This document shows positions 50,368-62,990 of a stretch of DNA of 64,000 nucleotides, one piece after another. The DNA is from Paraspadella gotoi (lineage: Eukaryota; Animalia; Chaetognatha): positions 22,712,591 through 22,776,590 of the forward strand of contig CM119265.1 of assembly GCA_051294375.1 (NCBI GenBank), in the 5' to 3' direction. The notes beneath the pieces were generated by a model that ran no database searches, was not told the DNA's origin, and was given only the letters and a program-made list of their open reading frames with translations. Both the position numbers and the translations under genes were made by a program. Every line of letters starts with the position of its first letter. Within the stretch, counting starts at the first letter, position 1.

Positions 50368-53300
50368 ATGAAAGGGATGGGAGATACGTTCGGCCACGTG
50401 GAAACCCGCAAGAAACCTTGGGATCCCCCGGAAAGGCTGGACCCTGCGAGGGAGGAAAACAAGATCGTTTTTGCAAAGGTATAAGTCGATTTGTCAATTT
50501 TTTGTTGTTGATTTATTCGTTATTTTTTTATTTAAAAAAATCTCCCATTTGTTCTTAAAACAAAAAAACCGAGGACCAATTGTCTCGACGTAGCCTCTTC
50601 TATTTTCCTCTTCCTCTTCCTTTCAAACCCTCTTCCCCGTTGTTCATTGTTGAAGCTTGGGGCTTTTGTTTTGAGGCAATATGGTCGACATTGACCCGCG
50701 ATAACCCTGGTCGTTTCATACAATTTTAACCCGATAAAAACTGCTACTTATGTGTAAAAGATAAAACATTTCTAAATCTTTTAAACTACAACAATACTAC
50801 AAAAAATCTATGAAACAATTTGTTATATTAACGCTCTCTTTACTCAGGTGGAGATCGATCCCAACTACGAAGACTACCTGACCCAATTAGCGGCTCGAAA
50901 CAAACACTTGCGACGCCTGCGCGCCAAGGACGAGCGTGGCGTAGAGTTGGAGCGAAAGGAGCGCGGCTTCACCATCTACGTCAACGGCGCCAACGCGGAG
51001 AAGCGACGCCCTTCCAGAACGGCCCCGGCGTCCTCGCAGGACTCGGACGTTGTCGATGGTAATCAATAGTTGAGGGGCGGGGGGAGGAAGGAAGTCAATG
51101 TAAGTAAAAAAATTATTTGTAAAGGTGATTTCTTAATTTCTCAGATCCTCGTTGCCAAACGGCACCGGAGAGGCGTCGCGAGCGAACGCCGTTCACTATC
51201 TCCGTGCCGACCCCGCGCTGCAAATGGCGCTGCGACCACGAGGTCGGCATCCGGACGCAGAGCGGAAAGAAGCTGAGAGTTCCGGCCTCGGCCGTTAACC
51301 CCGACGAGGCGGAGGGCGGTGAGAGAGAGGGGGAAGAGGGAGAGGAGGCCGAGGAGGAAGTGAGGGAGATTCGATCTGCGATTAAGCCGGAGGAGAATGA
51401 GGAAGAAGAAGAGGAGCGAGAAGCCGATTCGAAAATCGGTCTCAGTCTCGACGACCTCCGAATCCTTCGTCAGTCGTTGGATCTCGAGTTGAGCATCAAA
51501 CGCGTCATGGATTCCTTCACCGAAGAGATACTCGACGATCAGATCGACGAGGAGATCGATGGTGGGTCGGGATCCAATGTCGCCGTCGTCGGTTCTACTC
51601 GACTGAGGAATTCAACTCTAAAACTTTTAAATGTATTTTCGTGTCAGGATACGAGAGCGACTTTTTGGAAGAATCGACGGAGACGTTGTTCGCGCCTTCC
51701 GGATCCTCGAGTCTTCTCCCCGATTCACTCGTCAACGTCGTCGACGACGAAGTCGTTTTTCTCGAATTCTCTCAATCCGAGTCGTCGGCGCGAAGGCGAA
51801 GCCGCGACCTTGCCACGCCCAGGAAAAAAACACGGGGTAAGTATAGCGAACTGGGTAAGGCTTTGGTTACCGTTAAATCTAATTTCGAGGACCGTGCATT
51901 CCCTTCAGACTCGCTCGAGCCCAACGGCGTCATTTCAACGCTACGCGAAACGCTCGCCATTCACGCGACGACCACCGGCTCACTGGAAGCGATCGCCGAT
52001 TCTGTCAGCGAAAAAGAGGCGTCCTCGGAGATTCAAGGGGAGCCTCTGACTTTACCGTCGCTCGCTTCCAAACCGGAGGGCAGTTGTAGCCTGGACGATC
52101 TTAACCAGTTTCGCGGTGCGTAATGCTTAATTTTCTTTAATGTAGAGAGAGAAATTTTTTGTCATCATCGGCGGATAAAATTTCCCTTTTTCCGTCCCAA
52201 AGGCAAAGAGAGAGAGAGAGGGAGAGGGAGTGCGAGAGCGAGAGCGAGAATATCGATTATTTCCCTCGGCCTTGGCAACGCTATTCAGTATTCATACATA
52301 GTCTGTGGTTTAAATTGTAACATGTAACTTGCGCGGGCGCTGAGAAATATTGATGGACGGGTCTATTTCGAACAAAGAAACCTTTTGTTGCGAAAAATAG
52401 TTTTTCTCCTTTCAAAGCAGAATCGTTTTCGGGAGGAAAGAGAAGAAAAAGCGTCGCCCTTCCCGTCGTCCCTTCCCGACCCGCTACAGCTCGTAAGTCA
52501 ACGTTGTGTAATTATAACTAATATTAACTTATTTGATGTTATTTCGATTGGCTAATCGTAGTGGAAAAGGAAACTCCTTCTGACGGCCATAGGATCGAAG
52601 ACCTCTTGGATGCTATCAACGCTGAAAACGAAACGGCGTCGATCGCTCGCGTTTTGGCGGCGCCCGCTTCGTCATCTTCCGCACCCGATATCCTTCGCGA
52701 CCCATTCAGTCACCGGAGCGCGGCGTTGGCGGCGTCGCCGTCGTCCTCCGACGCCATGGACGACATGCGAGAGACGTCCGCGAGCGCGCCGTTGGAGCGC
52801 CTCGAGGGAGCCGTTCCCGGTAGATGTGAAGTGTCCTCGACGCGTCCATCTTCAGTGGGCGTTAATTCGCAAAGACTTTCCGTCGAAGATAAATTAATTG
52901 ACTCTGAAAAAACGACGGCAACAACAATAACAACCTCTACTACGGCGTCTTCTTTACCCCTTCCTTCCCTCGGCACTTCGCCTCCCTCCAAAGACGGGCC
53001 CAAACCCCTCCCTTCCTCTTCCCCCTCATCCTCCGCCGCCGATGATCCTTTATCGGTTGAAGTCCGAAAGTCTTTGGAGAAGCTCTCGTCGAACGCGACG
53101 CTCGTGCGAGATCGCGTGCTTAAAATGGACGCGTCGCAACAAGTCGTCTTTCTCAAGGTTTTGGAGCGGCTGGAAAAGGCCTTGACTCCGGACGTCGAGG
53201 AGGACGATAAGAACGATGGAGACGACGACAAAGACGTTGAAGCGAAGGACGAGTGGAAGGAATCCTCGACGGCAACGACGACCATGATGACGACCTCCGG

Positions 53301-55576
53301 CGAAGACCTCAACGCCTTGGTGACGACGAAAATCGCCGAGGAAGTCCGACAAAGGTGAGTGTTTGCAGAGAGGGCGGTGAATGGTAAAGAAACAATACAT
53401 AAAAAAAAACTGAAAAGGTGAGAAAGCATCTTTATAAAACTAAATGGATTGTATTTATCGACGCTTTTTTCAATTTTTCTCTCAAGTCACAAGTGTCTTT
53501 CGAGAGATCCGCCATCGCCCCATCAATCCGGCGCCACCATCAGCGTCGATCTTCTTTCGGCTTGGGACGACGGCGAAGAGATGGGTCTGACCGAGATTCA
53601 AGTGTTCGACGCGCGGGGGCGGTGGATCATTCTCAGATCGGACGCTCTTTCCGTGGATGGAGCGGAAAAAACTTCGGGTTTGTGTTGACTTTTAGGTTGC
53701 ATGTATTGTATTTACGTGAGTTGTACTTGTACTTGTACGTGAGTTACCTTTATTTTTCTCTTCCACTGCCATTTATTTTTCAGGTCCCCTGGGAATGCTA
53801 GTTAATCGGCATCACAAGACTACGAAAGACAGAAATATGTGGACGACGCGTTTCTCAAAAACGTGCCCCTGTCCTCGGGTGCAAATCTCTTTGGACGAGC
53901 GGACGTCCAAGCGCGGGGTGTCGCGAATCTCCGTCTGGAATTTCAACGGCGAACGACTCGATAAATGCGTCAAGGATGTGAGAATATTTTATCAGGACGT
54001 CCTTGTGTATGAGGGAATTTTAGAAAAAGGTTTGTTCTCATGAAACTTAACTGATTCCGTTGCATCTCGGTAAATTTTTTATCTCCTTTTTTTAGGATCC
54101 GGAAATCAGATTTTGGATTATGGTAACGACATCCCGGTTCTCGTCGCCAACGGTTGCGGCCGCGACGAAAACGACGACGACAACGACAAAAACGACGACG
54201 ACGTTTCTCGCAGCGCGACCAGGTGAAGCAAATAAAAGAGAAAAGGGAAATCGATATTCGTCTCCACCAAGTTTACTTTTCTGGTTGGGAGAGATAGTGT
54301 TCGTAACAAAGGAAAAAAACTTTAAAAAAAAATAAGAACGTGTTTTGATTTTAGGACGTTGGATTACGTCGACGACGGCGTCGGAAACATTCTTCGACCC
54401 GTCGTTGAGGAGAATCTTGTGGAAGAGAAAACGCGGCAAAAACTCGTTCAAATCGTGGAGGATATCACGGAGGTGAAAAAAGGGGGGGAAAAAATCTCTA
54501 CCTGCAAAGTTGCTACTGTCGTCATTTTACCTGTCGTTTTCATCGCAAAGTTATTATAATTTATTTTCGAACGTTTTACCAGACCGACCCGGTAAACGCC
54601 GTGTCTCCCTTTCCCCCCGTTCCCTCGCCGAAATCTTTGGAAAAACCGGAGAAACCAAAGCTTGAAGAAAAAGTCAAAAAGCCCAAGTCTAAGGCCAAGG
54701 AAAAGTCTCCGGCTAAACTACCGGCCAAGACTCGACCCAAGAAAACTCTCATGGCGAAAAAACCGTCGCCAACGACGAAAAAGAGTTGGACTTTCGGGTT
54801 CAACCTTCACATGAGTCAAGATCCCGTGGAAGAGGCGACTCCGGAAACCGGCCTCGCCGACGGTGTGGAATCGGGTCTGAACGCGGCCCAACGAGGGGCT
54901 GGAGACGACGACGACGACACCAAGGAAGAAATGGAAGAGTCTCTTTTCGATCAACTCAAGAGTCTCAACTTGAAGTCGGAGCAGGAAACCGAGGACGGCG
55001 GAGGTAAGGACAAAGTATGTAGTTAGTTATCATATTTTAATTTACTATTTACTTTCCAAAATCCATTTTTCTTCAAGACATCCGCACCATCCTCCATCCC
55101 TCGGAACCTCTGCTCGAATCCGACGAGGAAAGTCGCATGATCAAGAGTTGGCTGAAGGAGGACGAGCGGATTCCCTTCGACTTTGACGAAGATCCGAAAC
55201 CGAAGACGCAGCGACCGCAGAGCTGGCGGCGAACTCCGGGATTGGGTCCGGGTGAGTCGAATTTGATGGCGGCGGATAGTATAGAGTCGTTATTTTAAGG
55301 ACAAGGTTTTTTTTTTAACAGAAACTAGTTCATCCGGGCACGTCGAAAAGATTCCTGAAGTATCGAAGGATTACTTAAAGTGAGTTCAAAGGGAAACGTT
55401 TAACGATTTTTCGAATTACCCCATAATCGTTTCTTTGCCCGCTGCCCATTTCAGCGTTGAAGAAGTCGAACGGACGGATTCCATCTCTACCATCAGCATG
55501 CGAACTTTCTCGCCGCTTCAGCCGAGTTCCTCGGAGTTATCCATCGACGGTCGCGGGATGACGCCGTGGGGAAAGG

Positions 55577-55647
<71 letters not shown>

Positions 55648-57028
55648 GAGTTTTTAAAATCCTTCCTCATGCTGGGTTCACTCATTTAAAGTAGATCTTT
55701 CTCTTTTCTAGTCGTTCGATCCGCTGGAGTCGTCGTGGAACTCTCTCAACGCCTTTCAGCAAATGCACAGAGGTCAGATCTCCATGGAGATCGACGGTGA
55801 TGTGGTGGACATGATGATGCAGACGAGATACAGGCAGCGCGAGACGCTTTCACCTAGTGAGCCAACAAGTTGACCTTCTATGAATAAGATTGCATTCTCT
55901 GTTGGGCTTTATCTTGTTTATTTTAAACCTTATTCTTGTAGGAGAAGATCCCACGAGAGACGTTCCAATTTCTCCACGTGTCGCCTTTCCTTCCAAAGTC
56001 GACGAGAACATCGTCGAGCCTAACGAACGCGTCGCGTGCGAATTCACCATCCCCGAACTCCCCGTCGGATCCTTTCTCCAAATCAACATCCGATCGACCT
56101 GGGGAGACACCCACTACCTAGGCCTCAACGGGGTCGAGATATTCTCCAGCAGCGGGGATCAGGTAGGATGGGTTGGTGAGGCAAGATCGGGATCGAAGGA
56201 AGACTTCGAAATGTTTTTTTCTTTTGTTCGAAGGTTGAGATTGTCGACGTCTCCGCCGATCCTCCGGACATCAACATTTTGCCCGAATACCACGACGGTG
56301 AGGATAATGTGGGGAAGACTCGGACAAATCCAAAATGTACAAAGAACGCTAATTTTTGAGTGACTCATCTTGAATATCAGATCCCCGCGTCGTGGCCAAT
56401 CTATTCGACGGCGTCAATCGAACAACCGACGACATTCACATGTGGCTCTGTCCATTTACTCCAGGTTAATTTTCCCAGATTTATTACAAATGTAATAAAA
56501 TGTAATAATATAATAATAGTTATTAACTGACTTTGTAAACTCAATCAGGCGAAGATCATGTGATCAGCGTCCAGTTCCGCCAAGCGGAGGAGATCGCCAT
56601 GATTCGTTTTTGGAATTACAACAAGTCCCGTACTTACTCCTTTCGCGGGGCGAGATTCGTCGAGGTTTCTCTCGACGCCGCCCTCATCTTTAAGGGGGAA
56701 ATCGCCAGGGCGCAGGGCGGGGTTATAGGTGAGGGAGAATGGGTAGTTGGGTACTGTGTTTACCGGATAGGACATGGTAGGGATTCCAATCTTTAGCGTC
56801 ACACCTATCGTATTTAAAACGAATTCGCATCTTTTACTAGGAGGGACGGAAGCATTCGGCGACACGATACTCTTCACGATGGATGAGATGATCCTCGAAC
56901 GCGTGGCAGAGAACGACGAAGCCTTTGACGCAGTCGACGAGGATATACCCAATGGTCTCGTGGGACCCTTTGATATGCACTCTGAGGCGCCCCCCCAGTG
57001 GCCCGTCGAGGCGCGGAGCAAGAAGTAG
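50368..57028 (+). CDS. KATNIP: Katanin-interacting protein (KIAA0556) homolog, ciliary; apparently C-terminally shortened
   Basis: YEDYLTQLAARNKHL...ERGFTIYVNGAN; DUF4457-like segments (SAWDDGEEMGLTEIQVFD...ISVWNFN; NIRSTWGDTHYLGLNGVEIFSSSG, ADPPDINILP, DGVNRTTDDIHMWLCPF, MIRFWNYNKSR, AFGDTILFT). The first exon (50368-50478) is inferred from a phase-compatible splice. Confidence 0.85.
55581..55645. repeat. (GA)n microsatellite in a KATNIP intron
   Basis: About 32 GA units directly after the donor GTGCG. Confidence 0.95.
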
Positions 57029-57432
57029 TTTTTAATCGAAAGTTCCTCACTCGTTTGGCAACTGTGATATTAAAAAATAACACTCGGAAATACGTACTGC
57101 GCACTAACCGAATTTCACTTAAACTTTTAGTATTTATTAGTTGAAGGGGCGAGCGTCGAAAGTTTTGTTTTTCTCGTCGCCTCTTTTCGCACAATTATCG
57201 CTCATATTTGTCGAATCAGACCCCCGCGCACGTTTATATTTACAAGCAATGAACTTTGGTCACGATATTTAATATTTATTTATTCATCGAAATCCGTCCA
57301 ATCAGCTTTTTATATATTTTAAACACGTTGAAAACGTCTTACTTCTTTTTATCCCTCGCGATTATTTTTCGCCTTTTAAAAAATAATTTTTGATTTTTAG
57401 TTATTATTTAATCACGTTTTAACTGCGAAACA

Positions 57433-58253
57433 ATGGGTAAAGTTCAACCAAAAAAGTTCGGGGAAATGAAAAAGATGTTGAAATTGACCGACATCAGGAT
57501 AAAGAAAGAGGAGAGACAGAAGAAGCGGCGGAGACGACGAGGAAAGAAAAACGCCGAAGGGTAAGTTGTGGATTCCGTTGGAGGATTGGTAGGTAAACTT
57601 GATTCAATACGATTCTACCGAGTCATTCCCATCTTCTCCAGCGACGACAACGGAAGCTCGCGCATGAAGATTCAATCCATTCCTCAGTCCCGATCATCCA
57701 TGTTCTTCACCTACAACACCAACCTGGGTCCCCCGTTCCACGTCTTGGTCGACACCAACTTTATCAACTTCTCCATCCAAAATAAACTGGACATCTGGCA
57801 GTCGATGATGGACTGCCTCTACGCCAAATGCATCCCTTATATCTCCGACTGCGTCATGGCCGAGATAGAAAAGTTGGGCTCCAAATTCAAGGTGGCCATG
57901 AGGATTGCCAAAGATCCCCGGTTCGAGCGCCTTCCCTGCATGCACAAAGGAACCTACGCCGACGACTGCATCACGCAGAGGGTCACGCAACACAAGTGCT
58001 ACATCGTGGCAACGTGCGACAAGGGTTAGTATATTCTTTAAAGGAAAAAAACCCCAAAAATATATACGTATGTATATGTATATATGTGTATAATATACGT
58101 ATGTATATTATATATTGTATATGTATGCATTTTCTCCTTTCAGATTTGCGGCGCAGAATACGAAAGATTCCTGGCGTTCCCATTATGTACTTGAAGGAGA
58201 GACGCTACACGATCGAGAGAATGCCGGACGCTTACGGGGCGCCGAGGGAATAG
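57433..58253 (+). CDS. FCF1: rRNA-processing PIN-domain nuclease FCF1/Utp24
   Basis: [77 protein letters not shown]; 3 exons. Confidence 0.97.
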
Positions 58254-58486
58254 TTTTAAAATACCTCTTTTGTTGCGCTTGTCTTCCTCGAATTTAGTCC
58301 ATTCGTGTTTCGTTATTGTTTAAACTAAAAAGCATGTTATTTGACAGAAAAACCTTTATTTTGAATTACTCGCGATAATATTACATAGGGAGTTCCTTCT
58401 GCTCAGCTAGCTTGCTTAATGATCGTTATCTCTTGCTAATTTTCCAACGGCTGGAGGGCGGCAACGACGACGACGTGGCTCTCCCA

Positions 58487-60261
58487 ATGTCTTCTTTCGA
58501 ATCGTCCCCGGGTTTTGCCCTCAACGCGATCCGTCGTTTTCGTTCTGAATTCGGCGTCCCATATTATTCGACTCACTCGCGTTCCGCGTTGCCCGAATAT
58601 AGTACCCGTCGGTCGCGGACGTTTTTCTCCGACGAGCGCTTCCGTGAAGATGATTCGCGCAAGCGTCTATGGCCGTGCGCCTCCGACGACGATGCCGCGA
58701 ATGCCGAGCCTTGCACCAAGCGCCGAATTTTTGCCAGATCGACGATCGGCTTTTCCGTTTATCAGATGACACAGAGGGTTTCCATGGCAACGCTGGAACG
58801 CGTCTTTTCGCGTTACGGACACGTGCAGCGCGTTTTAGCCCACCCGAACTCCAATGGTTTGTCTGGTCTGGTCGAGTTCAAAGAAGCTCGCTCGGCGGAG
58901 GAAGCCATGCTCGGTCTGCAGGGAAGATGTATTTATAACGGGTGCTGCCGACTGCAGCTCATGGACGCAGGCGATGGGGATTACGGAAACCAAGAAGCCT
59001 CCTGGGAAGAGCCGACGCATCTTCAACAGGGGCTCATCGATGGAGATTGGGGGCACAAAGAAGGTAGTGGAAGTTGCCCAAGGGGTTTTTTCTGGATCGT
59101 ATTCTATGAAATTGAAGCTTTTTCATCCAGCTCTGCCTGAAAGTTTCGACGAAGGCCACCACTCTGTCCTATTCGTATCGGGTCTAAACGAACACGAAGT
59201 GTCGCCGCACAAGCTCTTTTCCATTTTCGGAATTTACTGCGACGTCGTCAAAGTAAAGATCTTCTTTCACGATAGGACCAGAGCCGTGATTCAGACTGTC
59301 GACCCGTCGCAAGCTGAGACGGCTAGAACATTCTTAGGTCCTGGCTGGTCGGATCGGTTGGTTGGTTACTGCTTAGGTTGATTGATTATTTAGTCCGGTA
59401 TGGCAAAGGGAAGACATGTGTGATGCCCGACATCTCCCGACAGCTGGCGCTCAGGGCTTTGGACCTGCACACTTAACCGGCGTGACCGTGAGGGGAGTAT
59501 CTATGGGCGTTTATCGAAAATCTCTCCAAGTATCATAATTAACAGGTAGTGGACGTCTCCGATCGAGTCGATATAAAAAGCATTTCTTGCAGACGGAGTT
59601 TCGCTTTGGCGGAAAACAATCAAAGTGGTCTACTCGAAATTCCCCGAAATTCAGTTGACGAGAACTGAGGAGACGCTGGCCAAAAACTTTGAGTTCGTCA
59701 GCTATCCTCTTCACCGGTTCAAACCGCCGCTGGGATTCAATAATCTACAGGTGGTCCACTAGTTCATTTGGGTTTTCAATTGGTATATATATATATTTTC
59801 TAGTTTTCGGCCTTTAGATTCCCAAGATTTACTAAGTAGATAGTAAATTTGGCGAGTAAATTCGAGAGAATTTTCGTCTTCCGTTTCCCACCCAGAATAT
59901 AACGGCTCCGTGTTCCACCCTCTTCGTGAGCAACCTTCCCTCCTCGGCGACGGAGTTCGATCTCCAGCGCCTCTTCGACATTCCCGACTCTTTCCGAATC
60001 CCTTCGGACCCATCGTCTCCGTGGCCGTCGTCGTCGTCCGAGTCGTTTACGCCTCCGTCGCGGGTCAAGTCCGTCCGATTCCTCCCTCGAAAGAAGTCGA
60101 TGGCCTTCGTCGCTATGAAGGACGTGCAAAGCGCCTTCGACGCCATCGTCGACGTCCACGCCTCCCAGGCGATGGGCGGCCGCCCCATCATAGTCAATTT
60201 CTCCAAAGTAGAACTGGACGAGTTCAATCGTTCCGGGTGGAGGACGTATTTTCGTTGTTGA
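58487..60261 (+). CDS. Divergent polypyrimidine-tract-binding protein (PTB/hnRNP L family) paralogue with RRM2-RRM4
   Basis: RRM2-like LQGRCIYNGCCRL; RRM3 SVLFVSGLNEHEVSPHKLFSIFGIYCDVVKVKIFF; linker YPLHRFKPP..NNLQNITAPCSTLFVSNLP; RRM4 MAFVAM...MGGRPIIVNFSK. Four exons; the start codon is uncertain. Confidence 0.8.
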
Positions 60262-60525
60262 CTGCCAAGTTTTAGTAGCTAGTAATAGACGTGTGAAATC
60301 AGACATTCATTTGCAGTTAGCGTTCTCTTCTTCGTAGTAGGCTTCGTTTTTTTTTTTTTTTAATTATATTTCGTTACAAGTTATGTTAAATTTACAATTT
60401 AATTTATTAGACAGAATGCTTGTGGAGCTTTACTTTTATAAATTCGACTCTGCCAATAAAAAAACAATGTTGACTCACATTTGTTTGAAATTTTATTAAA
60501 CAAATGATTGACTTCGGCGAGAGAT

Positions 60526-62429
60526 ATGAACCACCGGCCTAAAAGAAAGGATGACTCTTCGACGACGGCGTTGGCTGCCGTCGCCTTCCAGGATCATTTG
60601 GTGCAAAGTCTGTCCTTAGACCTTCCTGGGTCGCACAAGCGACGCAACGCTTCTAGAAAGAGGCAACCTGCTAGAACCAAGGTTTTTTCTTCTATGTGAT
60701 TTACTATTTAATTCGTCAATTATAAGGAGTCACTTTAAAGTTTTAATTCTTCACCTCTTATTCATTTCTGTCGTCATAAATATTAACCTAACATTTATTT
60801 AGGTCGTTTCGTACGAGAAACCATGGTTACAAACGGCGGCGATATCAGGTAAATTTTACAATATTGGACTCATTATGATCGATGGGTTTTCGCGATCCGT
60901 TTCTCTTCGTTAAAGGAGACAAACCGCGCCCCGCGGGAGAATATGTTCTTCCCTCCGACGATCGTAAGCCTCCGACGTTAGCTGAAAAGATGGGACTGGT
61001 TGAGCCGCCCAACGACGTCAATCTTTCTGGTAGGGCAAAATAACAGAAAGCAAGACTTGGTCTTATAATATGATTTATTGTAAAAGACAAACTTCGCCTT
61101 GAAGAGTGTTTTAATTTCTTCCTAAAGAAAAGGAGTGGTCTTCCCTCAAGACACTGGCGACGGAACGCATGGCTTTTGCAACCCCTTGTCCCATTTGCAA
61201 AGAGGACATAGGCGCTCAGGAGCAGCTCCTTCTCAGCTGCTCACACGTCTTTCACCGAAACTGCTTACAGGTTATAAAATAATAAAAATTTGTTAGAGGG
61301 GGATTTTTGTGGGCGATGCCGGCGGGCGCCGGCCGGGCGGGGGATTTGTCGTCGTCTGGTGGTCTAAGTTTCGAATCCCGAATCCTCCTTAGGCTTTCGA
61401 ACGCTTCATGGGGAAGAAAACTTGTCCGCTCTGCCGCGAAGAGCGATACCAGGCCAGGGTGGTGCATGAAGGGACCAAAGGTTACAGAGGCAGATGCGCC
61501 ACCAGGATTCAGGCGGCGTGGAGGGGATACATCGTCAGGTGCTGGTACGCCAAGCTGCGAGAAACTGTTCCTCCCAAGGACGAAAGATTGCGGAAGGCCT
61601 TTTTCGAGAAGCGACTTCACGAAATTACGGATCGCCTGCTCAAATCTGTCAACTACGACGTCAACAAGTGATTAAATTTTGGTCATTTAACCGCAACAGG
61701 TTAATTCACTCTGTCGACGTTATTGGATCGTATTACTGGAAAATGTGGATAAACTTAAAAACTATAACTTAACGAGCAATATTTGTTATATCGTTTTTCA
61801 CTTTATTGCGACGATCGCTTTGAATCAGATTTTTTCTGGCCCAACTTGCTTTTAAACAATCTTTTTATAGCATTAACGATGACTCATTCTCAATCCATTC
61901 AGGTTTCTAGACGAAATCGACGCGAGCCTCGAAGCGAGTCGTCGGGTTTTCCGCGACTTGGACCTGTTGACTGGCGGGACCGCGGAAGAGGAAATCGACT
62001 GGGAAAAAGTTCAGGTGGAGTTATTACTTTTAGAAGCAGATTCGTGTTATAAATTAAGAGCACAGATAAAACGACTTTAAACTTTTTTCTCTACAGATCC
62101 AAGCCCTCGAACGAGAAGTGACCGATTGTCCAATTTGCATTACTCCCCTGAGAGTCGATTTCGAATCCCCGCGTGACGAGGACGAAGACGAAGACGAAAG
62201 GCAACAAATTGAACTGAATGACGTCGCCTTTGACGTCATGGACCCCGATACTCGATTCGGTGACGACTCGAAACGAGAACGAATTCGTTGGAGAACCAAA
62301 ACAACTTGTCTTCTCTCTTGCTCTCACCTTTTTCATAAAAACTGTCTCGAATCTTTCGAAAGGTTTTCGGCGGACGTTCGGCCTGGCTGCCCAATCTGCC
62401 GGTCGCCTTACGCGAAGAAGGTCCTGTAA
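60526..62429 (+). CDS. RNF32: RING finger protein 32 (RING-IQ-RING)
   Basis: ALAAVAFQDHL; EYVL...TLAEKMGLV; RING CPICKE...LLSCSHVFHRNCL...CPLCR; IQ motif ATRIQAAWRGYIVR; second RING CPICITPL...LLSCSHLFHKNCL...CPICRSPY. Confidence 0.92.
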
Positions 62430-62779
62430 TACTATCTGCAGAAAGAAGTTATCTACTAAATACTATGGACTAAAGCGGATACGCGAACACCAGGGTTATT
62501 GTCTTCGGAAAAATACCATTAATTAAAAGGAAGCTGCGCAATCTCCACGAAGGATTTAAAAATTTTGCTCAGATTTGAGTTTATCAGTGCGTTAAGATCT
62601 GGTCTCGACCACAAGATCTGAATGCCTTCGACCCTCATACTTTCGCTTTGAGCCGAAGTTTTATTTTTTATTATCAAACCGAAGTTTTAAGTTTTATGTA
62701 CAAATAATTAACTTCAAAACCTTAATTTAAAAGATGTAAAATTTAAAGCTTCAATCGAGGGGAAAAAGCCAGACGATGT

Positions 62780-62990
62780 GATCTGAAGTTTATTCGTCTT
62801 TTTTCTCCCCTTTTTTCTCTCTCCGCCGTAAATGTGCCGCCTAAAAATAATCGATGTTCTTCCCTCCTACCGGCGCCAAAGCAAAGGCCGTTTCAAGGTT
62901 CTCTCTCTTATCATCGTCATCATCATCATCATCATCATGAAAGCTCTCTCTTTCTTTCTCTCTCTCTCTCTCTCTCTCTCTCCAGAAGTT
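62780..62990. promoter_or_regulatory. Possible promoter or 5' region of the next transcription unit (CT/GA and CAT repeats, GC-rich patch)
   Basis: (CAT)n and (CT)n tracts after RNF32, then about 1 kb of AT-rich sequence ending in TTTCTTATACAG|GCAAATG at 63976-63983. Confidence 0.3.

Noticed and set aside
50300-50478. GC-rich island that first looked like an RNase P/MRP-type ncRNA
   Set aside because: It reads as an ATG-initiated exon splicing in phase to KATNIP exon 2, and I found no P4 consensus.
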